Of a DNA stretch of 64,000 nt, positions 17,895-27,338 are shown piece by piece. The notes beneath the pieces were generated by a model, which was not told the DNA's origin, did no database searches, and worked only from the letters and a program-made list of their open reading frames with translations. The first letter of the stretch is position 1. Every line of letters begins with the position of its first letter. Position numbers and translations under genes: made by a program. Source of the DNA: a bacterium UBP8_UBA817 (GTDB lineage: Bacteria; Margulisbacteria; Marinamargulisbacteria; SXXA01; SICP01); the NCBI GenBank assembly GCA_945898045.1, contig CAMDGG010000004.1:6422-70421 (forward strand), given 5' to 3'.

Positions 17895-19067
17895 ATGCTT
17901 GAAAAACGCTATTTACACAATCCCATCATAGAAGATCTCCAAGAAAAGATGGTTTTTATTGGCGGCCCACGGCAGGTTGGAAAGACTACGCTATCTCAGG
18001 AAATTATTGCCACAACTTTCAAGCATAGCGCTTACTACAACTGGGATAACCTACAAGACCGAAGCGTTATTTTAAACTCAGAATGGCCCTCTGATGCAGA
18101 GCTTATTATTCTTGATGAAATTCATAAATCCAGACAATGGAAAAGCCGTATTAAGGGCGAATATGATAAGCATAAACATGACTATAAATTTCTTATTACG
18201 GGTAGTGCTCGGTTAGATCTCTATCGAAAAGGTAGCGATTCCTTACAAGGCCGCTACCATTATTATCGGCTTCATCCCTTCTCTATTGCAGAACTTTTGC
18301 ATTATAAAAATAAATTCATTCCGTTTTCAGCATTCTCCTTCCATCAAAATAATCCTATAGATTTACTTGCCCCCCTTATTAAATTTGGAGGCTTTCCAGA
18401 GCCTTTTTTAAAACAAAATGATCGTCATTTAAGACGATGGCAACAAGACAGAATTGACCGGTTATTTCGAGAAGACATTCGCGACATGGAACAAATTCGA
18501 GAGCTCAATCATATGCAATTACTTATCGAATATCTTCCCAAAACGATCGCGTCACCTTTTTCGATTAATACTATTCGCGAAGATTTGGATGTCAGCCATA
18601 AGACGGCTGGTCATTGGATCGATATCTTAGAGTCTTTTTACTATCATTATCGTATTTATCCATTTGCGAGCAAAACATTCCGGTCACTCAAAAAAATGCC
18701 GAAGCTATATTTATGGGATTGGTCACAAACGGAAACAGAGGGAGCAAGATTCGAAAATTTAATCGCATCTCACCTCCTAAAATTCGTCCATTTTCTACAC
18801 GATTATGAAGGCTTCAAAGCAGAGCTATGGTATCTCAAGGATACGGAAAAACGAGAAGTGGACTTTCTGGTCACAGTAGATAAAAAACCTTGGTTTGCTT
18901 GTGAGGTAAAACTAACTGATCAAAATATTTCACCCTCCACTTTCTACTTTAAAGAGAAATTAAATATCCCTTATGTTTTTCAAGTGATCAAGACAGATCA
19001 AGTGGATTTCACAAAAAATGGAGTACGCGTGATATCCGCCTCTAAATTTCTGGGGGGACTGATTTAG
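17895..19067 (+). CDS. AAA+ ATPase with DUF4143 domain, paralogue 2
   Basis: Walker A GPRQVGKTT, Walker B LIILDEIHK. C-terminal EVDFLV..ACEVK nuclease-like core. Confidence 0.85.
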   Translation: MLEKRYLHNPIIEDLQEKMVFIGGPRQVGKTTLSQEIIATTFKHSAYYNWDNLQDRSVILNSEWPSDAELIILDEIHKSRQWKSRIKGEYDKHKHDYKFLITGSARLDLYRKGSDSLQGRYHYYRLHPFSIAELLHYKNKFIPFSAFSFHQNNPIDLLAPLIKFGGFPEPFLKQNDRHLRRWQQDRIDRLFREDIRDMEQIRELNHMQLLIEYLPKTIASPFSINTIREDLDVSHKTAGHWIDILESFYYHYRIYPFASKTFRSLKKMPKLYLWDWSQTETEGARFENLIASHLLKFVHFLHDYEGFKAELWYLKDTEKREVDFLVTVDKKPWFACEVKLTDQNISPSTFYFKEKLNIPYVFQVIKTDQVDFTKNGVRVISASKFLGGLI

Positions 19068-19121
19068 AAAGACTTACAGCTATCATTTGCTTTTTATCTG
19101 GAACTATTTTAGATTAGCTGA

Positions 19122-19520
19122 GTGAGTATTCCGAATCCTATTCCCCATTACGAAGTTGGCCATGAGACGATTGATTCTCATCATAAAGAGATTTTTCATT
19201 TGATATCCTCTTTGGATGCGGTGATTCATACGAATCGTCGGGAAAATATTGAGTCTATCATTGTGTTTCTTGAAAGTTATATGTTGGAGCATTTTGAGGA
19301 AGAAGAGGCGTTGATGAAGGCTGCGGGTTATGCCGATTATGAATTTCATCATCGTGAACATGAGATTTTTCGGCTGCGTGTGCAAGAACTTCGGAAGTTT
19401 TATACGAGTAATGCCCCCAATACACATTTGGTTTTTAATATTCGTCGGTTTGTGGATCGGTTGGTGGATCATATTTTAACGGTAGATAGCGGTATTGCGG
19501 GGATAGCGCATCAGTCATGA
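19122..19520 (+). CDS. Hemerythrin-like metal-binding protein (bacteriohemerythrin)
   Basis: YEVGHETIDSHHKEIF, LEHFEEEE, HHREHEIF, LVDHILTVD: the His/Glu/Asp ligand pattern of hemerythrins. GTG start. Confidence 0.75.
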   Translation: MSIPNPIPHYEVGHETIDSHHKEIFHLISSLDAVIHTNRRENIESIIVFLESYMLEHFEEEEALMKAAGYADYEFHHREHEIFRLRVQELRKFYTSNAPNTHLVFNIRRFVDRLVDHILTVDSGIAGIAHQS

Positions 19521-19957
19521 AAAAACATCATAAACAATTTGAAGCGTATCTTGAAAAAACTGGGGGGCGTTATACGTCTCAAAAACAGGGTATTTTCGAA
19601 GAAATTTACAAGACTAAGACGCACTTTGAAGTGGAGTCTTTTATCGATAAAATTCGAGCTAAAGATAAGAAATTTTCTAGAGCCACGGTCTATCGCACGA
19701 TTAAGCAATTGTTGGATGCGAGTTTAATTCAAAAAATTACCACGCAAGACGGCAAAGTGTTTTATGAACGAACGCTGGATCTTCAGCAGCATGATCATGT
19801 GATTTGCAATGTCTGCGGACGCATTCTTGAGATTCATAACGAGCAGATTGATTTATATTTATCTGCGATTTGTAAAGAAATGAAGTTTGAGCCAGAGTAT
19901 CGGTCTTTGCATATTTATGGGAAATGCGAGACGTGTACTAAGGCACTTTCCCGATAG
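19517..19957 (+). CDS. fur: Fur-family metalloregulator (Fur/PerR/Zur type not distinguishable)
   Basis: Winged-helix SRATVYRTIKQL. HDHVICNVCG...GKCETC structural Zn Cys pairs. ATGA overlap with the hemerythrin gene. Confidence 0.82.
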   Translation: MKKHHKQFEAYLEKTGGRYTSQKQGIFEEIYKTKTHFEVESFIDKIRAKDKKFSRATVYRTIKQLLDASLIQKITTQDGKVFYERTLDLQQHDHVICNVCGRILEIHNEQIDLYLSAICKEMKFEPEYRSLHIYGKCETCTKALSR

Positions 19958-21035
19958 GAAAGCCTGGGGATTTGTAGACGATTTGTCGGTCTTCTGATTT
20001 GACGATGAACATGGCTTCTACGCCGATAAATTGCTGTATCCATTTGAGACCTTTTTCGGGGCCCAAGACCATGAGGGTGGTGTCTAGGACGTCTGCGAGC
20101 ATAGCTGTTGGAGCAAAAACGGTGACGCTGGTGACATTATTTCTAATGGGAGTGCCCGTTTTGGGGTTTATGATATGACAATAGCGGACACCATCTTTTT
20201 CGAAGAAATTATGATAATCTCCACTGGTAGAAAGCGCTCGGTAGGAAACGGGGTAAACTCTTATTGCGGAGGTTAATTCGGCATCTGGATCGGGCACGTT
20301 AATGCCAATTCGCCATGGTTTTCCATTGACGCGTGTGCCGCTTGTCAAAACAGCCCCACCTACCTCTACCATAAATCTGGGGTAGCGATTGGCGAATAAA
20401 TATTTTCCAATTTTATCGACTGCATAGCCCATGGCGAGCGAAGACACATCGAGCTGGACATCAGGATCTTTTTTTTGAAGCGTATTACCACTTACAATAA
20501 TTTTATCGAAACCAACGTATTTAAGCGTGTCTACGATTTCATTGTCGCTGGGAATTTGATAGTGTCCGTGTTCTGAAAACCCCCATAAATCTACGAGCGG
20601 TTTGATGGTAGGATCAAATGCACCCTGGGAAAGTTTGTAAATGGGCAAGGCCTGATTGATGACATCGCTTAGCACTTTAGAAATGGGAAAGGGTTTTTCG
20701 ATATCTGTATACCGATTAAAATTTGAAATTTCGCTATCTTGCTTAAACGTAGACATGCTGTCATTGATTTCTTGTAACGCTTTATCGACGTCGGCTTGTA
20801 TTTGGGTCGTTTTGGCAAACCGATACATATAGAGTTTGATGGTGTATGTTGTCCCCATCGTTTTTCCTGTGATGGTATGCTCTTGGGGGGTACGCCACCA
20901 ATAAATACTGGCCATCATCACGATACTAAAAAACGCTATTATCCAAACTTTAAGCGGAATTTTTGAGAGCAGTGATGAAAGCGTAAATTTACGTTTTTTT
21001 CTATAGGGTTTTTGTGGCATGGTCGTCAGAAGCAT
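19938..21035 (-). CDS. apbE: FAD:protein FMN transferase
   Basis: N-terminal membrane anchor, then the ApbE strings MGTTYTIKLY, FDPTIKPLVDLWGF, SSLAMGYAVD, MVEVGG, LSTSGDY. Confidence 0.85.
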   Translation of the reverse strand: MLLTTMPQKPYRKKRKFTLSSLLSKIPLKVWIIAFFSIVMMASIYWWRTPQEHTITGKTMGTTYTIKLYMYRFAKTTQIQADVDKALQEINDSMSTFKQDSEISNFNRYTDIEKPFPISKVLSDVINQALPIYKLSQGAFDPTIKPLVDLWGFSEHGHYQIPSDNEIVDTLKYVGFDKIIVSGNTLQKKDPDVQLDVSSLAMGYAVDKIGKYLFANRYPRFMVEVGGAVLTSGTRVNGKPWRIGINVPDPDAELTSAIRVYPVSYRALSTSGDYHNFFEKDGVRYCHIINPKTGTPIRNNVTSVTVFAPTAMLADVLDTTLMVLGPEKGLKWIQQFIGVEAMFIVKSEDRQIVYKSPGFPIGKVP

Positions 21036-22011
21036 AGCATAGGTCTATGCGATTTGGGATGCGCTTTTGAAGTCGTTTTCGAAGTGCCCACTGGTCTATA
21101 AACGGGGTGATTAGTTGAATAATGGCGATGGCCATCATGACACTTGCGGGTTTTTCTGTGATGTAGCGAAGGAGCATAGCCAGAACACCAATTCCTACGC
21201 CATAAATAACATGCGCGTCTTTAATATGGGGGCCTGACTCCCGATCCGTTGCGATAAAAAGGGTTGCAAAGAAAAATTGTCCTAGCAATAAAATCCACGC
21301 TGTTGGCAAGTCATGGGGTGCAAATAGTTTTAAAACAAAAATCGTCACAATGGCCGATAGATAGGCAGACAACATTATTTTTTTACTGATCATTTTTGAG
21401 CCGATTAGAATAGAAAATGCTATAAAAAGCCAGAGCGTGACGTGCCCCGATGTCCAAATGGGAGCGACTGTCATAGCGCTAGGACGGCAGGCATAGACAA
21501 TCAGCGCCGCGATGAGTGAGGGATGAAAATAATACTTCCATTGCTTCAGAAAGAGTCCAATAGCAAAGGCCCCTGCGACGAGCCATACTGGGACGGATGC
21601 AGGCAATATTAAAATATAAAGCGCGCCAGTTACAAGAAGCCCTTCTTGAATTTCTTTTTGTTTTTTCAAAGCTATAGTGATCTCTATCAAAAGACCTACA
21701 CCATATACTGCAAGTAACATGGGCATGACAGCAGAAAATCCGATACGCATGGCAGCGATAAAATGGATGGTCAGTTCTTGGTTTTTTAAAGCCTGATATC
21801 CAACGTTATAAATGCCAGCCAGAAGACACGGCAAGAGTGCAAAGAAAACGACGATGCGATGTCTTTTTACGGTGATAAAATCGCGTACATGGGGTGGTTT
21901 TTTTGTGGTAGCTCCGCTACTAAATAATGTGCTAAAGATAGCCTCCACGATGGGATAGAGGCGTTCATATTTTTGGCCTATTCTCACCTGATTTTCTATC
22001 CATTTTTTCAT
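21001..22011 (-). CDS. NqrB/RnfD-family membrane subunit (short, 336 aa)
   Basis: N-terminus YPIVEAIFSTLF..PPHVRDFITVKR..ALLPCLLAGIYNVG parallels NqrB (PL.EA.DTFLY..HVRD..DLKR..AL.P...G.YN.G). C-terminal ATDRESGP...IIQLITPFID parallels the TDPVT...N...PLID region. Confidence 0.72.
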   Translation of the reverse strand: MKKWIENQVRIGQKYERLYPIVEAIFSTLFSSGATTKKPPHVRDFITVKRHRIVVFFALLPCLLAGIYNVGYQALKNQELTIHFIAAMRIGFSAVMPMLLAVYGVGLLIEITIALKKQKEIQEGLLVTGALYILILPASVPVWLVAGAFAIGLFLKQWKYYFHPSLIAALIVYACRPSAMTVAPIWTSGHVTLWLFIAFSILIGSKMISKKIMLSAYLSAIVTIFVLKLFAPHDLPTAWILLLGQFFFATLFIATDRESGPHIKDAHVIYGVGIGVLAMLLRYITEKPASVMMAIAIIQLITPFIDQWALRKRLQKRIPNRIDLCYASDDHATKTL

Positions 22012-23390
22012 GATGAAACGCCCGTTTTTTCTAGTCTGGATCTGGCAGATTTAAAGGTTGCTGTGAGTTCGATTTTGGAGGGACAAATGTAAGAGCAAAG
22101 ACCACACTCCACACAATCCAAGAGACCGTGTTCGATGGCCAGATTTTCCTGGTTATTTTCGAGGTGTTTGTGAATAAACTGGGGTAATAGATTGACGGGG
22201 CACACCGGCATACAATCCCCACAGGAGATGCAATCACGCGGACTGCCTTGGAGCGCCGTGGTTAACGGATGTCGTCTTATGGGCAAAAGAGCAGATAAAA
22301 ATGCGGTTGTACTAGTTGGCCGATAGAGTCCTGGTTTGATGTAGGGTACCCATTCCTGATCAGTTTCTTCAGACAATACATTAACGCCATGTTCATCTGC
22401 GCCCAAAAAATCGTCTTGTGTCGTGGTGCGTCCGGTCATAATGCCGCCTGCGATATAGCGTGGATTTGGAGTGATCGTGGTCTCTCGAACAATGTCTTTG
22501 ATGGACATGCCGATGCGTGTTTTATAGTGCATGGGTTTGGATACGCCCGGCCCTCCGAGTGTAATGAGTTGATCTATGGGATAATGAGCAGTCACGATCC
22601 ATTCGGCAATCCGCAAGACATCTTGTGCGGTGATGTACCATGCATTATTGAGCTCCGAAGACGTTTTGGTATGATACAGAAATACACCAGGATCATTGGC
22701 GGGATAGTCTCCTATGATCTGATGGGTAATGAGTTCACGAAGTGCTGATTTAATACGTGGATTCTTTTGTGAGACGCCAATATATAGGTTGCCATTTGCG
22801 ATATTATTGAGGACAGCGACACCTATTCCGAATAACTCAATATGGTCTTTGAGCAGTACAGTGCCGTTGGGTAAAAAAGGTTCATCTTGATCGATTGAAA
22901 CATAAATGGCCGGCGGGATTTGTTTGGGATCTGGGATATTGCGAAAAGGGAATTGTCGAAAAGACGTCCAGAGTCCTCCGTCTAAAAGACTCGTCACCAA
23001 TGAGTCGCGAGTGACTTGCGATAATTGATACGTTGAAAGGCTCGTTTTTTGATCTGAAATTTGGAGTCGGCTTTCTTCTTTATCCCGCTTTATAACAATG
23101 ACATCCAGTGCATTTTTGGGGCCGTATCGAATATCACTAATTTGCCCAGACGCTGGAGATAGGATATGAACTTCGCGATATTTTTTGTCCGAAAAAAGGC
23201 GGGTTCCAATTTGGACATGATCACCGATACTGACGTGTAAACAAAGCTCGAAATTGGAAACTGAGGGAGGTTTAACGCCGATCAATTCTGGAGCCTCTAG
23301 CGTTTTGACTTCTAACGAAGGTTTTCCGAGACAGTTAATCTCGCATGTATTGGGAACCGTGATGGTTTTCATGAAACTTACTTGTGCCAT
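22008..23390 (-). CDS. NqrA-like subunit retaining an RnfC-type 2x[4Fe-4S] C-terminal module
   Basis: NqrA-like strings [45 protein letters not shown]. C-terminus has [12 protein letters not shown] and [12 protein letters not shown] (22080-22232). Confidence 0.72.
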   Translation of the reverse strand: [460 protein letters not shown]

Positions 23391-25168
23391 AATTGGTTTT
23401 GAATAATCGCTTGTTGTGACAATAAAATAGGTTTTAGTTCAGCTCTGAACGCTTTTAATTTAATAGACTCTAATTGCGAAACTAAGTTACGGTCTTCGCT
23501 CTGATCTGTTTCGAGATTGTAGATAAATTCTTCTCCTGTCTTGAGCCGACACATGTATTTATAGGGATAGGTTACGACGCTAATGCAGATACCGTTGTAG
23601 GGCTGAATGAGAGGAATAGGTCTATTCATGGCGCGCTTTTTAAAGAGGGATTGTCCTTGGAAATGATTAGACACTTTTTTGATTCCAACGAGATCTAAAA
23701 GTGTGGGTGCGATATCCAATTGAGACGCTGGTTCGGGTTGGGAAACGGGCGCAATATGTCCTGGCCATAAAAGAATAAACGGCGTTTTGAATGAATCTTC
23801 ATACGTGCCCACTTCGTTACGATCGGCGTTGCCACCATGCATAGGGTAACTGTGATCTCCCGTAATAACTATGATACTGTTTTTAAGTTCAGGCCGTTTT
23901 TTTAATTCTTCAAAAAAAGTTGAAAATTGGGCATCTGCCAATCCGATAGCATTGGCATAGTGCTCTACGATATTTTTTGGATTTTTGTAGTGCATCCGAC
24001 GATGAGCCGGCACTTCGAAATTTCCATGGCTGTAAATGGTTGCTAGGACAACGCATTGTGGTTTATTTGAGAGATGATTTTCATCCCATTTTTCAAATAC
24101 ATGCTTGTAAAATATTTGATCTTCTACGCCCCATTCTGACATAAATGCCTGATCTTCTGGCTTGGGATGACTGAGTGCATCGAGGTGCATCATGCCATGT
24201 TTTCTCATCATCATGCCTGTGTTATCAAAATCTGGATTTTTATGCGCTTGATAAAAAGAAGTTTCATATCCATTGTCTTTTAAAATTTCGGGCAGTGCTC
24301 TCGCCTCAATATGGGGGTAGCGGGTATAGACCATGCCTTTAAAAGAAGGGACTACAGAAAACAGGGTCGCAAAATGTCCTTTGGCGGTTTGTATAGAATT
24401 CCCGTAAAAACGTGGAACGTAGAGACCTTGTTTAGTGAGTGAATTAAAATACGGAGTATATTCAAATCCTTCTGGACTTTTCTGATTGATAAAAGAGGCA
24501 CTAAACGATTCCACCAAAATGATAAAAACATGGGGCGGTTTCTCTCCAGACTTTCGAAAATTTTGGGTACCGTAGGCAATCGACTCTTTCATGAAGGGAT
24601 ACGTCCCTTTGGGTAAGTGAACGGTATGGTCTGATCTGTAATACTGGACAATGGATTTTAAAAAAGTTGCAGGTTCGTCGAAGACGTTATTAAACGGAAT
24701 AAACATCAAAGAGAGGTAAGTTCCTGTGAAGAAAATACCTTTTACATGACGATATTTTGTGGGTTTTAATGCAAAAAAAGTGCGCCTGGCCATATAAACT
24801 AACCCACACGTTAGGATAACTGCGATGAGTGGATCTATTTTAAGTCCATGCAGAATGATGCTCGTTGCTTCTCTAGAAAATGCGGAATGAAAATTATCTG
24901 CAATGATGCTGTAATCAAAACTGGTGCTTGCTGTATAAAGATAACAGGATAATGCCCCGTAGAAAAAAAGGTATATAAACGAACAAGTCATCAGCGTCCG
25001 CGGTTTTTTTTCTAGGAAAAAACGGAGAATCAAATACGGCATCAAAATTGTAATATAGCTGATAAGAATGGCCGTTATGTGCTGCCGCCATACAAAATTA
25101 AAGATGATAGAGTAAGAGAGACATACCAGTTGTAGTGTATGAACAAAAAGAAGAACTACCCCAAACAA
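23378..25168 (-). CDS. Membrane-anchored sulfatase-fold transferase (LtaS/OpgB/phosphoglycerol- or phosphoethanolamine-transferase-like)
   Basis: About 5 N-terminal TM helices, then an alkaline-phosphatase-superfamily domain (VFIILVESF, TAKGHFA, ITGDHS). Start codon uncertain. Confidence 0.75.
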   Translation of the reverse strand: MFGVVLLFVHTLQLVCLSYSIIFNFVWRQHITAILISYITILMPYLILRFFLEKKPRTLMTCSFIYLFFYGALSCYLYTASTSFDYSIIADNFHSAFSREATSIILHGLKIDPLIAVILTCGLVYMARRTFFALKPTKYRHVKGIFFTGTYLSLMFIPFNNVFDEPATFLKSIVQYYRSDHTVHLPKGTYPFMKESIAYGTQNFRKSGEKPPHVFIILVESFSASFINQKSPEGFEYTPYFNSLTKQGLYVPRFYGNSIQTAKGHFATLFSVVPSFKGMVYTRYPHIEARALPEILKDNGYETSFYQAHKNPDFDNTGMMMRKHGMMHLDALSHPKPEDQAFMSEWGVEDQIFYKHVFEKWDENHLSNKPQCVVLATIYSHGNFEVPAHRRMHYKNPKNIVEHYANAIGLADAQFSTFFEELKKRPELKNSIIVITGDHSYPMHGGNADRNEVGTYEDSFKTPFILLWPGHIAPVSQPEPASQLDIAPTLLDLVGIKKVSNHFQGQSLFKKRAMNRPIPLIQPYNGICISVVTYPYKYMCRLKTGEEFIYNLETDQSEDRNLVSQLESIKLKAFRAELKPILLSQQAIIQNQLWHK

Positions 25169-26214
25169 CTCTCACCCAATTGTCCACATGCCGCGGAAAT
25201 ATCGTCTCCTTTTCGGAACCGAATCGTCACCGGAACGCCGCTGTTTTCAAGGAGATCCCGCACTTCGTGTAGACGTTTGGTAGTGACGGGCCGAAAGGGA
25301 ATTTTGGGATGCGGATTGAGGTTTATCAAATTGATTTTAGCTTTGAGATATTTTGAGATATTGGAGAGCTCTCTGATGGCTTGATCGTCTTCGTTTTTGT
25401 CTTGGATGAGCGTGTATTCTAGCGTTAGCTTTCTGTTATGCATGGTTTGATACTCATGCAAAAGTGCGACGACTTCCATGATGGGATTTCTGCTTTCTAT
25501 GGGCATTAGAACCACACGTTTGGAGGGGTTGGCATGACCTACTGAGAAAGCTAGATTTATATAATTTTTTTCTGAGATGAGTCGTTTGATATTTTGGATG
25601 TACCCAGAAGTAGAGACCGTCATTTTACGTTTACTGATATGGAAACTGTATTCAGCATTCATAAGATTAATCGCCGCAAAGACATTGTCATAATTTAGAA
25701 GCGGTTCGCCCATACCCATGAAAACTAAATTAGAAATGGGATGGCCTAGTTGATTGGCTAGTAGAATTTGTCCTACGATTTCATAGGACTCTAAATTGCG
25801 TTTGAATCCAGCAACGCCAGTGAGACAGAACTTGCAATCGACTGGGCATCCACATTGTGACGAGACGCACAGCGTGTTGTATTTTTTTTCTCTTAGGACA
25901 ACGGCTTCAATATATTTTCCGTCGTTTAGGGTAATAATCATTTTGGTTGCGCGCCCACCATCGGACTCTAATGTTTCGATATTTTTGAAAAAACGAATTT
26001 CAAAAGCCTCTTCTAGACGGGCTCTGATTTCTTTTGCGATATTGACCATTTCACTAAAATCAAGCTTAAATTTCTTGTAAATCCAATCTAAAATTTGATC
26101 TGCAATAAAGGGTTTAATATTCATTTCGGCTAATTTGGCGCGAAGCGTTTCCCTTGTGTAGCCTAAAATGTTAGTCTTTGTTATATCGGATGTGGTTTTC
26201 ATAAGTCCGGGCAT
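25156..26214 (-). CDS. rlmN: Radical-SAM 23S rRNA/tRNA A2503/A37 C2-methyltransferase
   Basis: CVSSQCGCPVDCKFCLTG radical-SAM cluster motif, GMGEPL. C-terminal catalytic Cys in DDISAACGQL. Confidence 0.9.
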   Translation of the reverse strand: MPGLMKTTSDITKTNILGYTRETLRAKLAEMNIKPFIADQILDWIYKKFKLDFSEMVNIAKEIRARLEEAFEIRFFKNIETLESDGGRATKMIITLNDGKYIEAVVLREKKYNTLCVSSQCGCPVDCKFCLTGVAGFKRNLESYEIVGQILLANQLGHPISNLVFMGMGEPLLNYDNVFAAINLMNAEYSFHISKRKMTVSTSGYIQNIKRLISEKNYINLAFSVGHANPSKRVVLMPIESRNPIMEVVALLHEYQTMHNRKLTLEYTLIQDKNEDDQAIRELSNISKYLKAKINLINLNPHPKIPFRPVTTKRLHEVRDLLENSGVPVTIRFRKGDDISAACGQLGESCLG

Positions 26215-26251
26215 TATAGCGGTAATTTTGAATTAATTGTAGGAGTGCATC

Positions 26252-27283
26252 ATGCGCATGTCAGATAAACCAGCCGTTGTTGAAAAACTTGAGGACTTTG
26301 TGTCCCAATTTGAAACGCTGAGTTCTATAGATCTTTTGAAAGAATCCATGTGGACGCTGCTACGTATGCACGATAGTAATAGCACCCGAAGTGATGCACG
26401 GATGGTGCGCCGGATTTTACGCGAAATTCGTGACACGATTAAAGTGTTTCACAAATTTAAAGATGTGAGAAAAGTATCTATTTTTGGTTCTGCACGCACA
26501 TTACCAACCGATCCGTCGTACATCATGACCGAAGCATTTGCGAATCAAATCACCCGAAAGGGCTTCATGATTATTACAGGTGCTGGCGGAGGCATTATGG
26601 AAGCCGGAAACAAAGGGGCTATGCCTAACATGGATTTTGGAGTCAATATTGATCTCCCTTTCGAGCAAGATCCCAATCCATTTATTGCAAATGATCCCAA
26701 GTTTATTAATTATCACTATTTTTTCACACGCAAATTAGCGTTTGTGAGAGAATCGGATGCGACGGTTTTGTTCCCTGGTGGATTTGGGACGCACGATGAA
26801 TTCTTTGAAATTTTAACGCTAGTACAAACAGGCAGAAGTGCCCCCCGTCCGATTATCATGGTCGCCCCAAAAGGCAACGACTATTGGAAAACGCTAGAGG
26901 CTTATATACGTACTGAGTTACTAGATAGAAATCTTATTTCTCCACAAGATTTATCTTTGTATTCATGTGTAGAATCTGCTGAAGAAGCCGTGCATGAAAT
27001 CACCCATTTTTTCCGGATCTACCACTCTGTGCGCTATATCGGGACACAAACGGTTTTTAGATTAAATACCGTATTACCAGAAGAAACGATGGCGAAACTT
27101 CAAACAGAGTTTGCGTATTTATTGCGGGATGGAAACTTCCAATTAGCCACGACGGAAGAAACTCCCGAAGACTGTTTAAATTATCCTGACAAACCCCGGT
27201 TAGTCTTTAATTTTAATCGTCACAATTATGGTGGACTGATTGAATTAATTCGGTTTTTGAATGATGCGGATGTGAAGATATAA
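26252..27283 (+). CDS. LOG/TIGR00730-family nucleotide 5'-monophosphate nucleosidase (long, PpnN-like form)
   Basis: ITGAGGGIMEAGNKGA and PGGFGTHDEFFE motifs of the LOG family. Confidence 0.75.
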   Translation: MRMSDKPAVVEKLEDFVSQFETLSSIDLLKESMWTLLRMHDSNSTRSDARMVRRILREIRDTIKVFHKFKDVRKVSIFGSARTLPTDPSYIMTEAFANQITRKGFMIITGAGGGIMEAGNKGAMPNMDFGVNIDLPFEQDPNPFIANDPKFINYHYFFTRKLAFVRESDATVLFPGGFGTHDEFFEILTLVQTGRSAPRPIIMVAPKGNDYWKTLEAYIRTELLDRNLISPQDLSLYSCVESAEEAVHEITHFFRIYHSVRYIGTQTVFRLNTVLPEETMAKLQTEFAYLLRDGNFQLATTEETPEDCLNYPDKPRLVFNFNRHNYGGLIELIRFLNDADVKI

Positions 27284-27338
27284 TTAAATTCTGCATTGGA
27301 TCCCCACGGACACAGAATAAAAAGAGGTGTCGAGATGA

